Both the position numbers and the translations under genes were made by a program. 34,473 nt of DNA from Methylophilaceae bacterium (GTDB lineage: Bacteria > Pseudomonadota > Gammaproteobacteria > Burkholderiales > Methylophilaceae), in contig RHAY01000001.1 of assembly GCA_010031285.1 (NCBI GenBank), forward strand, positions 1 to 34,473, written 5' to 3'. Positions within the stretch are counted from its first letter, which is position 1, and each line of letters starts with the position of its first letter. Positions 15,057-26,551 of this stretch are shown here, one piece after another. The notes under the pieces were generated by a model. It was given only the letters and a program-made list of their open reading frames with translations, ran no database searches and had not been told where the DNA came from.

Positions 15057-18000
15057 GTGCGACTTATACAACTTAAATTAGCTGGTTTTAAATCATTTGT
15101 AGATCCCACCACTATACAACTTCAAGGCCAAAGAGTGGGTATAGTTGGTCCCAACGGATGCGGAAAATCCAATATTATGGAGTCCGTAAAATGGGTGCTT
15201 GGCGAATCTTCAGCTAAAGAAATGCGAAGTGAAAATATGGATTCGGTAATTTTTAACGGATCAGAAAATCGCAAACCAATTTCACGAGCGAGCGTCGAAC
15301 TTATCTTTGATAATTCTTTGGGTAAAGCACCTACAGAATGGTCACAATATGCAGAAATTTCAGTAAAGCGCGTTATCGAAAGAGAAAAGGGTTCAACTTA
15401 TTACATTAATAATTTAGCTGTCAGACGCAAAGATATTGCAGATCTCTTTTTAGGAACGGGTTTAGGTGGAAGAGGATATGCCATTATTGGCCAAAATACA
15501 ATTTCACAAATTATTGAAGCCAAGCCTGAGGAACTTAGAAGTTACCTTGAAGAAGCTGCAGGTGTTAGTAAGTATAAAGAACGTCGGCGCGAAACAGAAT
15601 TTAGACTCAGGGATACGCGAGAAAATTTAAGTCGTATTCAAGATGTCCTAAATGAAATTATCCAGCAAATCGCAAAGCTGGAATCTCAAGCAGTCATTGC
15701 AACAAAATATAATGAATTAACAGAAAAACATAAATTTCATCAAGCACAGGTTTGGGTATTAAAGAAACGTGATGCTAGTATTGTTTGGAAAAAAAATCAG
15801 TTTCAGGTTGAGAAACTTGTAAATGAATTGGAGCAACAAACTGCCGCTTTAAGAAAAATTGAAGCCGAGGTAGAAAATTTAAGGCAAGCTCATATTGATG
15901 CTTCCGATGAAATTAATAAGAATCAAGCAAGCTTCTATGAAATCAATGCTGAAGTTTCTAATATTGAAAATAACATTAGAAATCAAAATGAACTTTTAGA
16001 GCGCAGTAAAAAAGAATTAATTGAGATTGAAACAAATCTTGCTAAGAATGCGGACGATCAGCTTAAATTTGCAAAAGACATTGAAGAAGCAGAGATTGAA
16101 AAAGTAGCATTAAGTGAGCTTTATAAAACTAAGGAAGAAAATTTTAATTCACTTAAATCATCAATTCAATCAGTTGAAGCAACATATCTAGATTCAACAG
16201 AGCAATTTAATCAAATTGCAAATCAATTCCAATCGACGCAAGAAAAAATTAATCTTGAAAAGGCAACGATAGACTTCATTCATAAAACTGAAGAAGAAAT
16301 AAATACTCGCATTACATTTTTAAATAATGAGATTAATAATATTGATTTAACCGGGCAATCTTTACTTGAGGAAAAAGAAAGTGATTTAGCTGATAAGAGA
16401 CTACATGTAGAAAAAATCGAGGCTAAGATAGATGAAAACAAATCGCTTGCAACTGACCTTGAGGAGGAAATTGATGCTTTAAGACAGCATCAAATTGAAA
16501 TACAAAAAGAATTAAGTCAAATTGAAGGTGAAATTAAAACGCTGGCGCAAATTCAAGATGACACACAAGGCAATGAAAGTCTCAAAAGTTGGACTTCTCA
16601 ACATAATATCAACACGTCTAATCGCTTGTGGGAAAAACTTAAGATTAAAACAGATTGGGTAACAGCTATTGAATCTGCTCTTGGTGGAAAATTAAATGCA
16701 GTTCTAGCTCAATATGAAACTATCTCTCATAGGCCTCCCGCATCTATGGTGCTTGCTAATTTAAATGCATCTCATGCTTACAAACCAAAAAATAATAAAT
16801 TAAATTCTGCTCTGGATGTAATTGAAATTAGCGATCCGCTTCTAATGAATCTTTTGTCAGAATGGTTATCTAATTGTTATATTATTCCAAAAGGTGAAAG
16901 TTATAAAAATTTCATCGGTAATTTGGAACAAGGCGAATTTTTAGTTAATCAACAAGGCGATATCTTTACCAAAAATAGTGTGTCTTTTTATGGTAAAGAT
17001 GCCTCCCTTAATGGCATTCTTTTGCGCCAAGAAAGACTCAAAGCGCTACAAGAGAAATTTCCATCCATAGATAGAAACTCTAAAGATATATCGAATAAGC
17101 TTAGTGAAGCTGAACTTCAATTAAATGATTATGAAGAGCAAGCCGATTCGTATAGTGAGGAATTAAAGGAAGCTTTAAATGATTTCCATCAAACTGAGAT
17201 TGAAGTTGAAAAAACTCAACAAAGCATAGCCTACGCAAATGAGAAGCATAGCAGTATTACTAACGAGCAAAATGAACTCAAAACAAAATTAACGCAAATT
17301 CAAATTGATAAGACAACTAAATCAAGTCTTATTCATAATTTAGAGAATGATGCACATCGACTTTTAGAACAAAAAACTTTGTCTGAAGATATTAAAAAAA
17401 GACATGAATTAGAATATGAAAGCGCTAGGAAACATGTCAATGAAGCTGAGATTCAACTTCAAGAAAGCCATTTTAATTTAAAAATTATTGGTAATAAAAT
17501 CAATGAATTAAATAATAGAATTAATTTACTTACTGAAGATAATAATGCCCTTAATAACAAAAAAGATTTAGTTAAGACTTCAATTAATACTGAAAGTATT
17601 GAGGCTCTAAAATTGTCTCTGCGCGAAAAAATTACCGTTAAGGATGAAAGAGAGAAAATTCTAATCGCATCGCGAGATAATCTTGCGCAAAAAGAAACCG
17701 ACTTACGTGAAAGTGAACAAAAGAGACTGCAAACCGAGCAGGCAGTTCATCCAATTCGAGATAAACTTGAACAGTCACGCTTAAATGAGCGGGAATCAAA
17801 ATTATTATTTGAGCAATTTCAAAACGAAATTATTGAGTCTCAATTAGATGAGGGTGTTCTTTCAGAATCAATTACAGAAAAAACAACAGTTAAAGAAGTG
17901 CAAGAATTATGTAATAAACTTCAAGAAGAAATTAATTTATTGGGCCCAGTTAACTTAGCAGCCATTCATGAGCTCACATCCGAAAAAGAAAGAAAAGGGT

Positions 18001-18557
18001 ATCTTGATAGTCAAGTAGAGGATTTAACTTCTGCAAGTAATACCTTGGAAGACGCGATAAGACGAATCGATAAAGAAACTCGAGATCGATTGATTGCAAC
18101 GTTTAATGAAGTAAATAAGAATTTTACAGAGTTTTTTAAAGTGCTATTTAATGGCGGACAAGCTCAATTAGAACTTTTAGGCGAAGAGATTTTAGATACA
18201 GGCATTCAAGTTACAGCGCAGCCCCCGGGCAAAAAGAATACGACTATTAGTCAATTGTCAGGTGGGGAGAAAGCATTAACCGCAACCGCTCTTGTATTTG
18301 CTTTATTTAAATTAAATCCAGCTCCATTCTGTCTCATGGATGAAGTTGATGCACCACTTGATGATAGTAATACACTTCGTTTCACCAATATGGTGACTGA
18401 AATGTCTAAAAATACTCAATTTCTTTACGTATCACATAATAAAATTGCTATGGAAATGGCCCAACAACTCATTGGTGTAACGATGCAAGAATCTGGAGTA
18501 TCAAGAATTGTTGAAGTATCTTTAGAAGAAGTAGAGAAAATGGAGTTGGCAAATTAA
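15057..18557 (+). CDS. smc: Chromosome segregation protein SMC
   Basis: Walker A GPNGCGKSN, long coiled coils with a hinge, LSGGEKAL signature, Walker B MDEVDAPLD; GTG start. Confidence 0.97.
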   Translation: MRLIQLKLAGFKSFVDPTTIQLQGQRVGIVGPNGCGKSNIMESVKWVLGESSAKEMRSENMDSVIFNGSENRKPISRASVELIFDNSLGKAPTEWSQYAEISVKRVIEREKGSTYYINNLAVRRKDIADLFLGTGLGGRGYAIIGQNTISQIIEAKPEELRSYLEEAAGVSKYKERRRETEFRLRDTRENLSRIQDVLNEIIQQIAKLESQAVIATKYNELTEKHKFHQAQVWVLKKRDASIVWKKNQFQVEKLVNELEQQTAALRKIEAEVENLRQAHIDASDEINKNQASFYEINAEVSNIENNIRNQNELLERSKKELIEIETNLAKNADDQLKFAKDIEEAEIEKVALSELYKTKEENFNSLKSSIQSVEATYLDSTEQFNQIANQFQSTQEKINLEKATIDFIHKTEEEINTRITFLNNEINNIDLTGQSLLEEKESDLADKRLHVEKIEAKIDENKSLATDLEEEIDALRQHQIEIQKELSQIEGEIKTLAQIQDDTQGNESLKSWTSQHNINTSNRLWEKLKIKTDWVTAIESALGGKLNAVLAQYETISHRPPASMVLANLNASHAYKPKNNKLNSALDVIEISDPLLMNLLSEWLSNCYIIPKGESYKNFIGNLEQGEFLVNQQGDIFTKNSVSFYGKDASLNGILLRQERLKALQEKFPSIDRNSKDISNKLSEAELQLNDYEEQADSYSEELKEALNDFHQTEIEVEKTQQSIAYANEKHSSITNEQNELKTKLTQIQIDKTTKSSLIHNLENDAHRLLEQKTLSEDIKKRHELEYESARKHVNEAEIQLQESHFNLKIIGNKINELNNRINLLTEDNNALNNKKDLVKTSINTESIEALKLSLREKITVKDEREKILIASRDNLAQKETDLRESEQKRLQTEQAVHPIRDKLEQSRLNERESKLLFEQFQNEIIESQLDEGVLSESITEKTTVKEVQELCNKLQEEINLLGPVNLAAIHELTSEKERKGYLDSQVEDLTSASNTLEDAIRRIDKETRDRLIATFNEVNKNFTEFFKVLFNGGQAQLELLGEEILDTGIQVTAQPPGKKNTTISQLSGGEKALTATALVFALFKLNPAPFCLMDEVDAPLDDSNTLRFTNMVTEMSKNTQFLYVSHNKIAMEMAQQLIGVTMQESGVSRIVEVSLEEVEKMELAN

Positions 18558-18579
18558 GATAACAGGGCTTATTTCAAGC

Positions 18580-19602
18580 ATGTCTGACATTCAGTTTGCT
18601 TTGACGATTCTCGCTGTAATAATTATTCTTATCATGATCATTTTTAACTGGATTCGCCTTATCCAGTATCGAAAACAAAATCAGACTGAAAATTCTTTTT
18701 TATCCAAAGATGAAGATGGTTTAAGTCAAGAAGAAAAAAATCCTCACGATCAAGATTTAAGCATCTCTGAGAGATACTTACTTTCAAATTTACCCAAAGA
18801 TATCTACCGTAATATTGATGCTATTGCATTTATTAAACTTAACAAAGCAACTCATGCTATTTCAAAATTAAATCTCAGAGATTTCATTGAATTGCCTCAT
18901 ACGCATATATTTATTCGTAAAAACGAGGATGTATGGACTTCGACAGATGGTATAAGCGGTTCAGTCTCATTTGATCAAATACTTTTATCAGTGCAGTTGG
19001 TAGATCGTCAGGGTCCTTTATCATCAGCGCATACACAAACATTTAGAATGTTGGCAGAAAAAACTAAAAATGACTTGGATGGAAATCTTATTTGGCTGTC
19101 TCACTCAAATATCGAAGATGATGCAAAAGAGCTTAATCAATTTTGTGCTCTTGTAGACCATATAATGACATTAACCCTTATTCCAAAAAATAACGGTATG
19201 TTTGACAACAAAAAGCTTATTGATAAATTAAAAACAGATGGTTTTAAAGAGAATAAAGATGGTTATCATATATTCAAAGGTCGTGATAAACATCCTTTAT
19301 TTCGTATAACTTCATTAAATCAACAACCCTTAAGCTTCAACCTTGATCCTTATATTCAGGGTATTCTTTTCCAAATGGATTTACCGCTAACGTTAAGTTG
19401 CAAAGATTCTTTTGATGTAATGTTGGAATCAATTACTAATTTTCAAAAAGATCTTGATTGTATGCTTGTTGATTCCAATAAAAAAGAGTTGAACATTAAT
19501 CATATTGAAAGAATTCGGTATCAAGTCGAAAAAATTGAAAATCAAATGATCACTAGAAATATTCCCCCCGGAAGCTCTTGTGCACGAAGATTATTTTCTT
19601 AA
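18580..19602 (+). CDS. zipA: Cell division protein ZipA-like (N-terminal TM, C-terminal FtsZ-binding domain)
   Basis: N-terminal membrane anchor; QLVDRQGPL, LVDSN..L and PGS..ARRLFS C-terminal motifs; conserved smc-zipA-ligA order. Confidence 0.78.
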   Translation: MSDIQFALTILAVIIILIMIIFNWIRLIQYRKQNQTENSFLSKDEDGLSQEEKNPHDQDLSISERYLLSNLPKDIYRNIDAIAFIKLNKATHAISKLNLRDFIELPHTHIFIRKNEDVWTSTDGISGSVSFDQILLSVQLVDRQGPLSSAHTQTFRMLAEKTKNDLDGNLIWLSHSNIEDDAKELNQFCALVDHIMTLTLIPKNNGMFDNKKLIDKLKTDGFKENKDGYHIFKGRDKHPLFRITSLNQQPLSFNLDPYIQGILFQMDLPLTLSCKDSFDVMLESITNFQKDLDCMLVDSNKKELNINHIERIRYQVEKIENQMITRNIPPGSSCARRLFS

Positions 19603-21618
<2,016 letters not shown>

Positions 21619-21624
21619 AAACTT

Positions 21625-22485
21625 ATGAAATTTAAAATACAATTTTTATTAATACTATTTAGCGTATCTTTTTCAAACTGTATCTTTTCAAAGGAAATAA
21701 ATAAATCCTGTGATGAGTTACTAAGTGATAATCAATACGAAGAGGCCTTAAAAACAAAAAAAAGCGAATATAAGTCTGCTTTTTGCCACGGCCAAGCAAA
21801 TCTAAAGCTTCGTCATTACGACGATGCTTTTAACGACTTTAAATTAGCTGATAAATTATCAAAAAATGATATTGATCATTACATGGCTGATTTACTTGAA
21901 GGTATAACTTTAAAAGAAGCTAATAAATTAGATGAAGCCCTTTTACATTTAAAAAATGCTATTTCACGCACTCAAACAAACAAATCTTTCAAGCGTTTAT
22001 ATCTGATTGAAATTGGAGAGACTTTATTGCTTCTCACTAAATACGATGAAGCCGCAAACGCATTCACCGAAGCTTACGGATTAGCTGCAAATGATGATGA
22101 ACGGGCTACTAATTTGGATCGAATAGCTTATGCATATGCGTCAATGAAAAATTTTACAAAAGCTATAGAGTTCGAATTAAAGGCCAATTTGGCTTTTGAT
22201 CGGGCAGGCTTGCTAGGTGAATATGCAGAGTCTGGTATTAATCTAGCTTTGTATTACCTTGAGGTAAATGATTTATCATCCGCTGAAAAAACACTTTTAA
22301 AATTCGAAAAGCTAGCGCGTGACAATGGAGGAATGTATTACCTCGCTAAAGCTTTATATGCAGAGAGCAAATATTATAAAAAGAAATCTAATAATGAACT
22401 TAGTAAATCGAAGCTTGATGAGGCTAATAAGATTGCTCATGATATTGGAGCGGAGGACTTAAAGACGCTTTTTAATGGCAACTAA
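21625..22485 (+). CDS. Exported TPR-repeat protein
   Basis: N-terminal signal-like sequence and repeated TPR-like helices (YDEAANAF, FTKAIEFE). Confidence 0.72.
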   Translation: MKFKIQFLLILFSVSFSNCIFSKEINKSCDELLSDNQYEEALKTKKSEYKSAFCHGQANLKLRHYDDAFNDFKLADKLSKNDIDHYMADLLEGITLKEANKLDEALLHLKNAISRTQTNKSFKRLYLIEIGETLLLLTKYDEAANAFTEAYGLAANDDERATNLDRIAYAYASMKNFTKAIEFELKANLAFDRAGLLGEYAESGINLALYYLEVNDLSSAEKTLLKFEKLARDNGGMYYLAKALYAESKYYKKKSNNELSKSKLDEANKIAHDIGAEDLKTLFNGN

Positions 22486-22502
22486 TTTAAGATCTGTATT
22501 TA

Positions 22503-22530
22503 ATTTTACATAATATACATTATACGAAAT
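22503..22530 (-). other. dif site (XerC/XerD chromosome dimer resolution site)
   Basis: Minus strand ATTTCGTATAA-TGTATA-TTATGTAAAAT. The 11-6-11 architecture and spacer match E. coli dif, and the XerD arm is one mismatch from TTATGTTAAAT. Intergenic, between convergent gene blocks. Confidence 0.88.
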
Positions 22531-22545
22531 TAATAGTACATAGGA

Positions 22546-22770
22546 TTATCTTTGATAGTCTTTAAACTGCCTAGGTAATGTGTCTTCTTGGACAACAAAC
22601 TCCATCCCCGCCATAGAGCCTACAAAAACTCCAGATTTATATTGCATTCGAATTTTTACTGTATTTAAAGAAATTTCTAATTGGTCTTTGATCCTATAGT
22701 TCAGAATGTATCCAATTACTTTTTTTCCGTTGTCGGTGCAAATCACTTCAACGGCATCCTGATTGTGCAT
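22546..22770 (-). CDS. Hypothetical protein (74 aa, beta-rich)
   Basis: AGGAAGG RBS upstream; last gene of the minus-strand block. Confidence 0.72.
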   Translation of the reverse strand: MHNQDAVEVICTDNGKKVIGYILNYRIKDQLEISLNTVKIRMQYKSGVFVGSMAGMEFVVQEDTLPRQFKDYQR

Positions 22771-22779
22771 AAAACCTTC

Positions 22780-23028
22780 CTATAAGTTTTTTTGTATGAA
22801 GATAAGTTCTTGTATGGGGTCAACATAAGCTTCGTATGATTGTTGAGCCCTCTCATACCAATAACGGCTATTGAACTCATCACCTTCGATCTTATGGAGT
22901 ACAGCATGAATCCAATAAGCTTGGGTAGAATGGAGATCTTGAACGATTTTGTGAGAGGCATCCCACGCATCGTTAATTGCGAAAGCAATCGCTTGGTTAA
23001 GTAGCTCCTTATGTGTTGAGCCACTCAT
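22780..23028 (-). CDS. Conserved hypothetical protein (82 aa, HxxxHxxEGDxxNxxYWY type)
   Basis: WDASH..VQ and WIHAVLHKIEGDEFNSRYWY motif; tight operon spacing. Confidence 0.75.
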   Translation of the reverse strand: MSGSTHKELLNQAIAFAINDAWDASHKIVQDLHSTQAYWIHAVLHKIEGDEFNSRYWYERAQQSYEAYVDPIQELIFIQKNL

Positions 23029-23033
23029 AAAGC

Positions 23034-23405
23034 TTAGCGGCTATTAAAAAAACCTATGTTATAGACCCTACCATCCATAATTGTTAATTCAGTTTGCTTC
23101 CAGGTATTTTTCTCATCCGACTTAACAAGATTGTTGTAATACCACATTTCGATATTCACGCGCTTATTCGGATTTGCTCGGTCTTCAGTGGGTCTTCCAA
23201 TCACAGAACTTGCATTGGTTGGTTTAACAGACATTTCTTTCCTAGCTGGCTCACCTAAAATTTGAAGTACCTTTTCTTTTGATTTAGCACCAAAAGCATC
23301 TAAAAACTCATTTTCTGTATAAAGTTTTTTTCCTTCAGCTAATACATGAAAAGAAATTCCTAATGCTATGAATATAAATAATATTTTTTTAAGTAATGTT
23401 GACAT
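23034..23405 (-). CDS. Exported hypothetical protein with a BamE/SmpA-like motif
   Basis: Signal peptide ending VLA; SKEKVLQILGEP...EMWYY pattern; AAGG RBS. Confidence 0.68.
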   Translation of the reverse strand: MSTLLKKILFIFIALGISFHVLAEGKKLYTENEFLDAFGAKSKEKVLQILGEPARKEMSVKPTNASSVIGRPTEDRANPNKRVNIEMWYYNNLVKSDEKNTWKQTELTIMDGRVYNIGFFNSR

Positions 23406-23413
23406 ATTAACCT

Positions 23414-24187
23414 TTAATTAATGATGATTTTAAGCCCGTCATATCCAACATCGATATGATCAGGTAATTCTTTTTTTAATGCTTCATATTCTAAATCATG
23501 TGTCATATGAATCAAATATGTTTTAGTAGCTTTTATTCTATTCGCAAAGATCAAGCTTTGTTCAAGATTGATATGCGTGTGATGTTCTTTTAAACGCAAA
23601 CAATCAAGTAATAAGATATCTAAACCGTCTAAAAGTTTCAGAGAGCTCTCAGGAATATCGGATACGTCAGTAAGGTATGCCAAATTTCCTATGCGATAAC
23701 CATAGATTTCTGATTTTCCATGTAAAACAGGAATTGGAGTTACAAGTTCGCTAAAAAGTTGAAATGGATCTTGAATCGGCATTGCTTTTAATACGGGCAT
23801 CTCCCAAAACCCTTTTGGTTCATTTAATGCATATCCGAATTTTAATGCTATATGGTCAAGTGACTCTTTTTTTCCGTAAATAGGTATTTGCATCTTATGC
23901 AACTGACAAAAAGCTCTTAAATCATCTATACCATGGAGGTGATCTGCATGAGTATGCGTATACAATACAGCATCAACTCTCGAAATTGATTCTCTTAGAG
24001 ACTGAAAACGCAAATCAGGGCTGGTATCTATAAGAATATGCTCACCTGAATTTAATTTAATAAGAGATGAGCAACGTGTACGCTTATTTTTTGGGTTGAT
24101 AGATAAGCAAGTTTCACAATTGCATCCAACTACAGGGGTGCCAGCGCTCGATCCAACACCAAGAATAGTTAATTCGAAGGACGGCAT
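23414..24187 (-). CDS. MBL-fold metallo-hydrolase, PhnP-like phosphodiesterase
   Basis: LG.GSS.GTP..GCNCETC, THTHADHLHG and H...H motifs; follows tatD. Confidence 0.88.
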   Translation of the reverse strand: MPSFELTILGVGSSAGTPVVGCNCETCLSINPKNKRTRCSSLIKLNSGEHILIDTSPDLRFQSLRESISRVDAVLYTHTHADHLHGIDDLRAFCQLHKMQIPIYGKKESLDHIALKFGYALNEPKGFWEMPVLKAMPIQDPFQLFSELVTPIPVLHGKSEIYGYRIGNLAYLTDVSDIPESSLKLLDGLDILLLDCLRLKEHHTHINLEQSLIFANRIKATKTYLIHMTHDLEYEALKKELPDHIDVGYDGLKIIIN

Positions 24188-24951
24188 TTAGAAAAAAGCT
24201 TAAAGAAATTTTGTGTAGTGACTTGACCAACCTCTTCTACTGAAATATTTTTTAGTTTTGCTATTTCCTGGGCCACATGTATCACATTGGATGGATCATT
24301 TATTTTGCCTCGATAAGGCACGGGTGCCAGATATGGTGAGTCAGTCTCAATAAGCATGCGGTTAAGAGGAATGGCTTTCACAACCTCTTTTAGATCAGTT
24401 GCATTTTTAAATGTCACAATCCCTGAAAATGAAATATAGAAATTAAGTTCAATAGCTTCAAGCGCTACATCAAGAGATTCTGTAAAACAATGCATGACAC
24501 CACCTACTTGATTAGCTCCCTCTTCTCGCATAATTTTTAAAGTGTCTTCTGCAGCATTTCTTGTATGAATAATAAGTGGTAAATTTGATTGAATGGCAGC
24601 TTTAATATGCGTTCTAAAACGATTTCTCTGCCATGTAAGATCGCCTTGTACTCTGAAATAATCTAGTCCAGTTTCGCCAATAGCCACAACTTTATTCTCT
24701 TTAGCAAGACGACATAACTCCTCCAAAGAAGGCTCTGCAATATCTTCATAATCAGGGTGAACGCCAACGGAGGCAAAGATATGGGCGTAGGTATTGGTAA
24801 TCTTAAAGATGTCTGGCAATTTATCTAAAGTAACACTCACACATAAAGCATGGGTAACTTTATTGGATGACATCTTGGAAAGAATAGAATCTATATTTTG
24901 ATATAGCTCTGGAAAATTAATATGGCAATGAGAGTCTATAAATGATGTCAT
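24169..24951 (-). CDS. tatD: TatD-family DNase (YcfH-like)
   Basis: DSHCH, GVHP, IGETGLDY, IIHTR, HCF and ETDSPYL motifs. Confidence 0.92.
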   Translation of the reverse strand: MTSFIDSHCHINFPELYQNIDSILSKMSSNKVTHALCVSVTLDKLPDIFKITNTYAHIFASVGVHPDYEDIAEPSLEELCRLAKENKVVAIGETGLDYFRVQGDLTWQRNRFRTHIKAAIQSNLPLIIHTRNAAEDTLKIMREEGANQVGGVMHCFTESLDVALEAIELNFYISFSGIVTFKNATDLKEVVKAIPLNRMLIETDSPYLAPVPYRGKINDPSNVIHVAQEIAKLKNISVEEVGQVTTQNFFKLFSKCRPSN

Positions 24952-25940
24952 GATGGCTCAAAAATCTGTTTATATTTAATAAAAATATTTTGCAACTGAA
25001 GCTCTTGATTAATTGGATGCGATGCAATTTTTTTTAATTCATTTAATTCATTTGTAAACAAAAGCAAGTTATCAAGATTAATTTGTTTTGCTTGAGATTG
25101 AATACGCTTTTCTTCTTTTTTAAAATAATAATTTTGCTGTGCATGAAGGCTAAGTAGTAAATCAAAAACCCATTTTTGGATCACATTTAATGTCCAATCA
25201 AGCCCTTGAGTAAGTATTGCATAATTAACTTTAGTGATATCGATATTATGGCCTTGAGATAATAATTGAATAATCATCTCTCGCTCTGATTGATTTTCTA
25301 ACTCTTTGATTGCGATAAATGGTGAGCCGCCAGTATATGACAGTAAACTGTCCTCATGGATTATTTTTTGATCAATCAGAAATGTTTTGGCCTCATCTAA
25401 TGAAGGACCGCGAAGATCTAATAATTGGCATCGACTTCGGATGGTCGCAATGAGTTTTTGCGTTTGACTTGTTACAAGAATGAATAAAGTATTTTCAGGA
25501 GGCTCCTCTAAGATTTTAAGGAGTGCATTAGATGCTGCATGATTAAGTGAGTCTGCTGGCTCAATCAAAACAACACGCCTACCCTTCTCTTGATGGACTG
25601 ACAATTCTAAATATTCAGAGAGCTCTCGAATTTGATCAATTAAAATATTTTTTTTACGAACAGTTTTTCTTTTTGATAGCTCATCATCTTCATTTTCAAT
25701 TGGGGCAATATGTTTAAAATCAGGATGTACATCTGGAAACCATTCGCAACTTGAACATGCTTCACATGGCAAATGATTAGAAAGAGTTTTTTGACACAAG
25801 TAGGATTTTGCAAATTTAACTGCAAAATTATACTTTCCAATACCCTCCTTGCCTTTAAAAATTAAAGCATGAGGTAAGTTTTTATTTTCATGAATAGCGA
25901 TCCAAGCATCTTTAAACCAAGGATAAATAGAATCCATCAT
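24948..25940 (-). CDS. holB: DNA polymerase III subunit delta'
   Basis: YPW, PHAL, Zn-binding C...CEACSSC, HPD, ASNALLKILEEPP and TIRSRCQ motifs. Confidence 0.94.
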   Translation of the reverse strand: MMDSIYPWFKDAWIAIHENKNLPHALIFKGKEGIGKYNFAVKFAKSYLCQKTLSNHLPCEACSSCEWFPDVHPDFKHIAPIENEDDELSKRKTVRKKNILIDQIRELSEYLELSVHQEKGRRVVLIEPADSLNHAASNALLKILEEPPENTLFILVTSQTQKLIATIRSRCQLLDLRGPSLDEAKTFLIDQKIIHEDSLLSYTGGSPFIAIKELENQSEREMIIQLLSQGHNIDITKVNYAILTQGLDWTLNVIQKWVFDLLLSLHAQQNYYFKKEEKRIQSQAKQINLDNLLLFTNELNELKKIASHPINQELQLQNIFIKYKQIFEPS

Positions 25941-26551
25941 AAAATAGTTTTTATAGCCTCAATAACATCTCGAGATACGAATTCAATAGCTTGATTTGCA
26001 TTAATAATTTTATAACGATTAGGATGTTGTCTCGCGAGGTCTAAATATACATTTCTAAGACGGTTAAAAAAAGATTCACTTTCTTTTTCAAATTTGTCGG
26101 GGGTTCTATTTTTCTTTAAACGATCAATACTTACTTCGACAGGCAAATCAAATAACAAAGTAAGGTCGGCCTTAAGATCTGGATGAACCCATGATTCAAG
26201 TATTTCAATTTTAGAATATGCGACTTGTTTTCCACCATATTGATAAGCGTATGTCGCATCAGTAAAACGATCAGACACTACAAATATACCTTTATCAAGT
26301 GCTGGTTTGATAATTTCTGCAATATGTTGCTTTCTGGCTGCAAACATAAGAAGCGTTTCTGTTTCTGGATCCATTTCATCATGTAGAAGTAATTCTCTTA
26401 ACTTTTCCCCAAGTTTTGTTCCGCCAGGCTCTCTTGTTCTTACTACTGCGATTTTTTTTAATTCAAGGAAAGATATCACTTCGTCAATATGTGAACTTTT
26501 CCCTGCGCCATCAACACCTTCAAATGTAATAAATTTACCTTTAGTATTCAT
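25937..26551 (-). CDS. tmk: Thymidylate kinase
   Basis: FITFEGVDGAGKS, TREPGGT and SDRF..AT.AYQ motifs. Confidence 0.96.
   Translation of the reverse strand: MNTKGKFITFEGVDGAGKSSHIDEVISFLELKKIAVVRTREPGGTKLGEKLRELLLHDEMDPETETLLMFAARKQHIAEIIKPALDKGIFVVSDRFTDATYAYQYGGKQVAYSKIEILESWVHPDLKADLTLLFDLPVEVSIDRLKKNRTPDKFEKESESFFNRLRNVYLDLARQHPNRYKIINANQAIEFVSRDVIEAIKTIL

Noticed and set aside
22743-23024. 93-aa alternative-frame ORF overlapping the 82-aa gene
   Set aside because: The 82-aa frame carries a recognisable conserved motif and fits operon spacing; this frame overlaps two genes.
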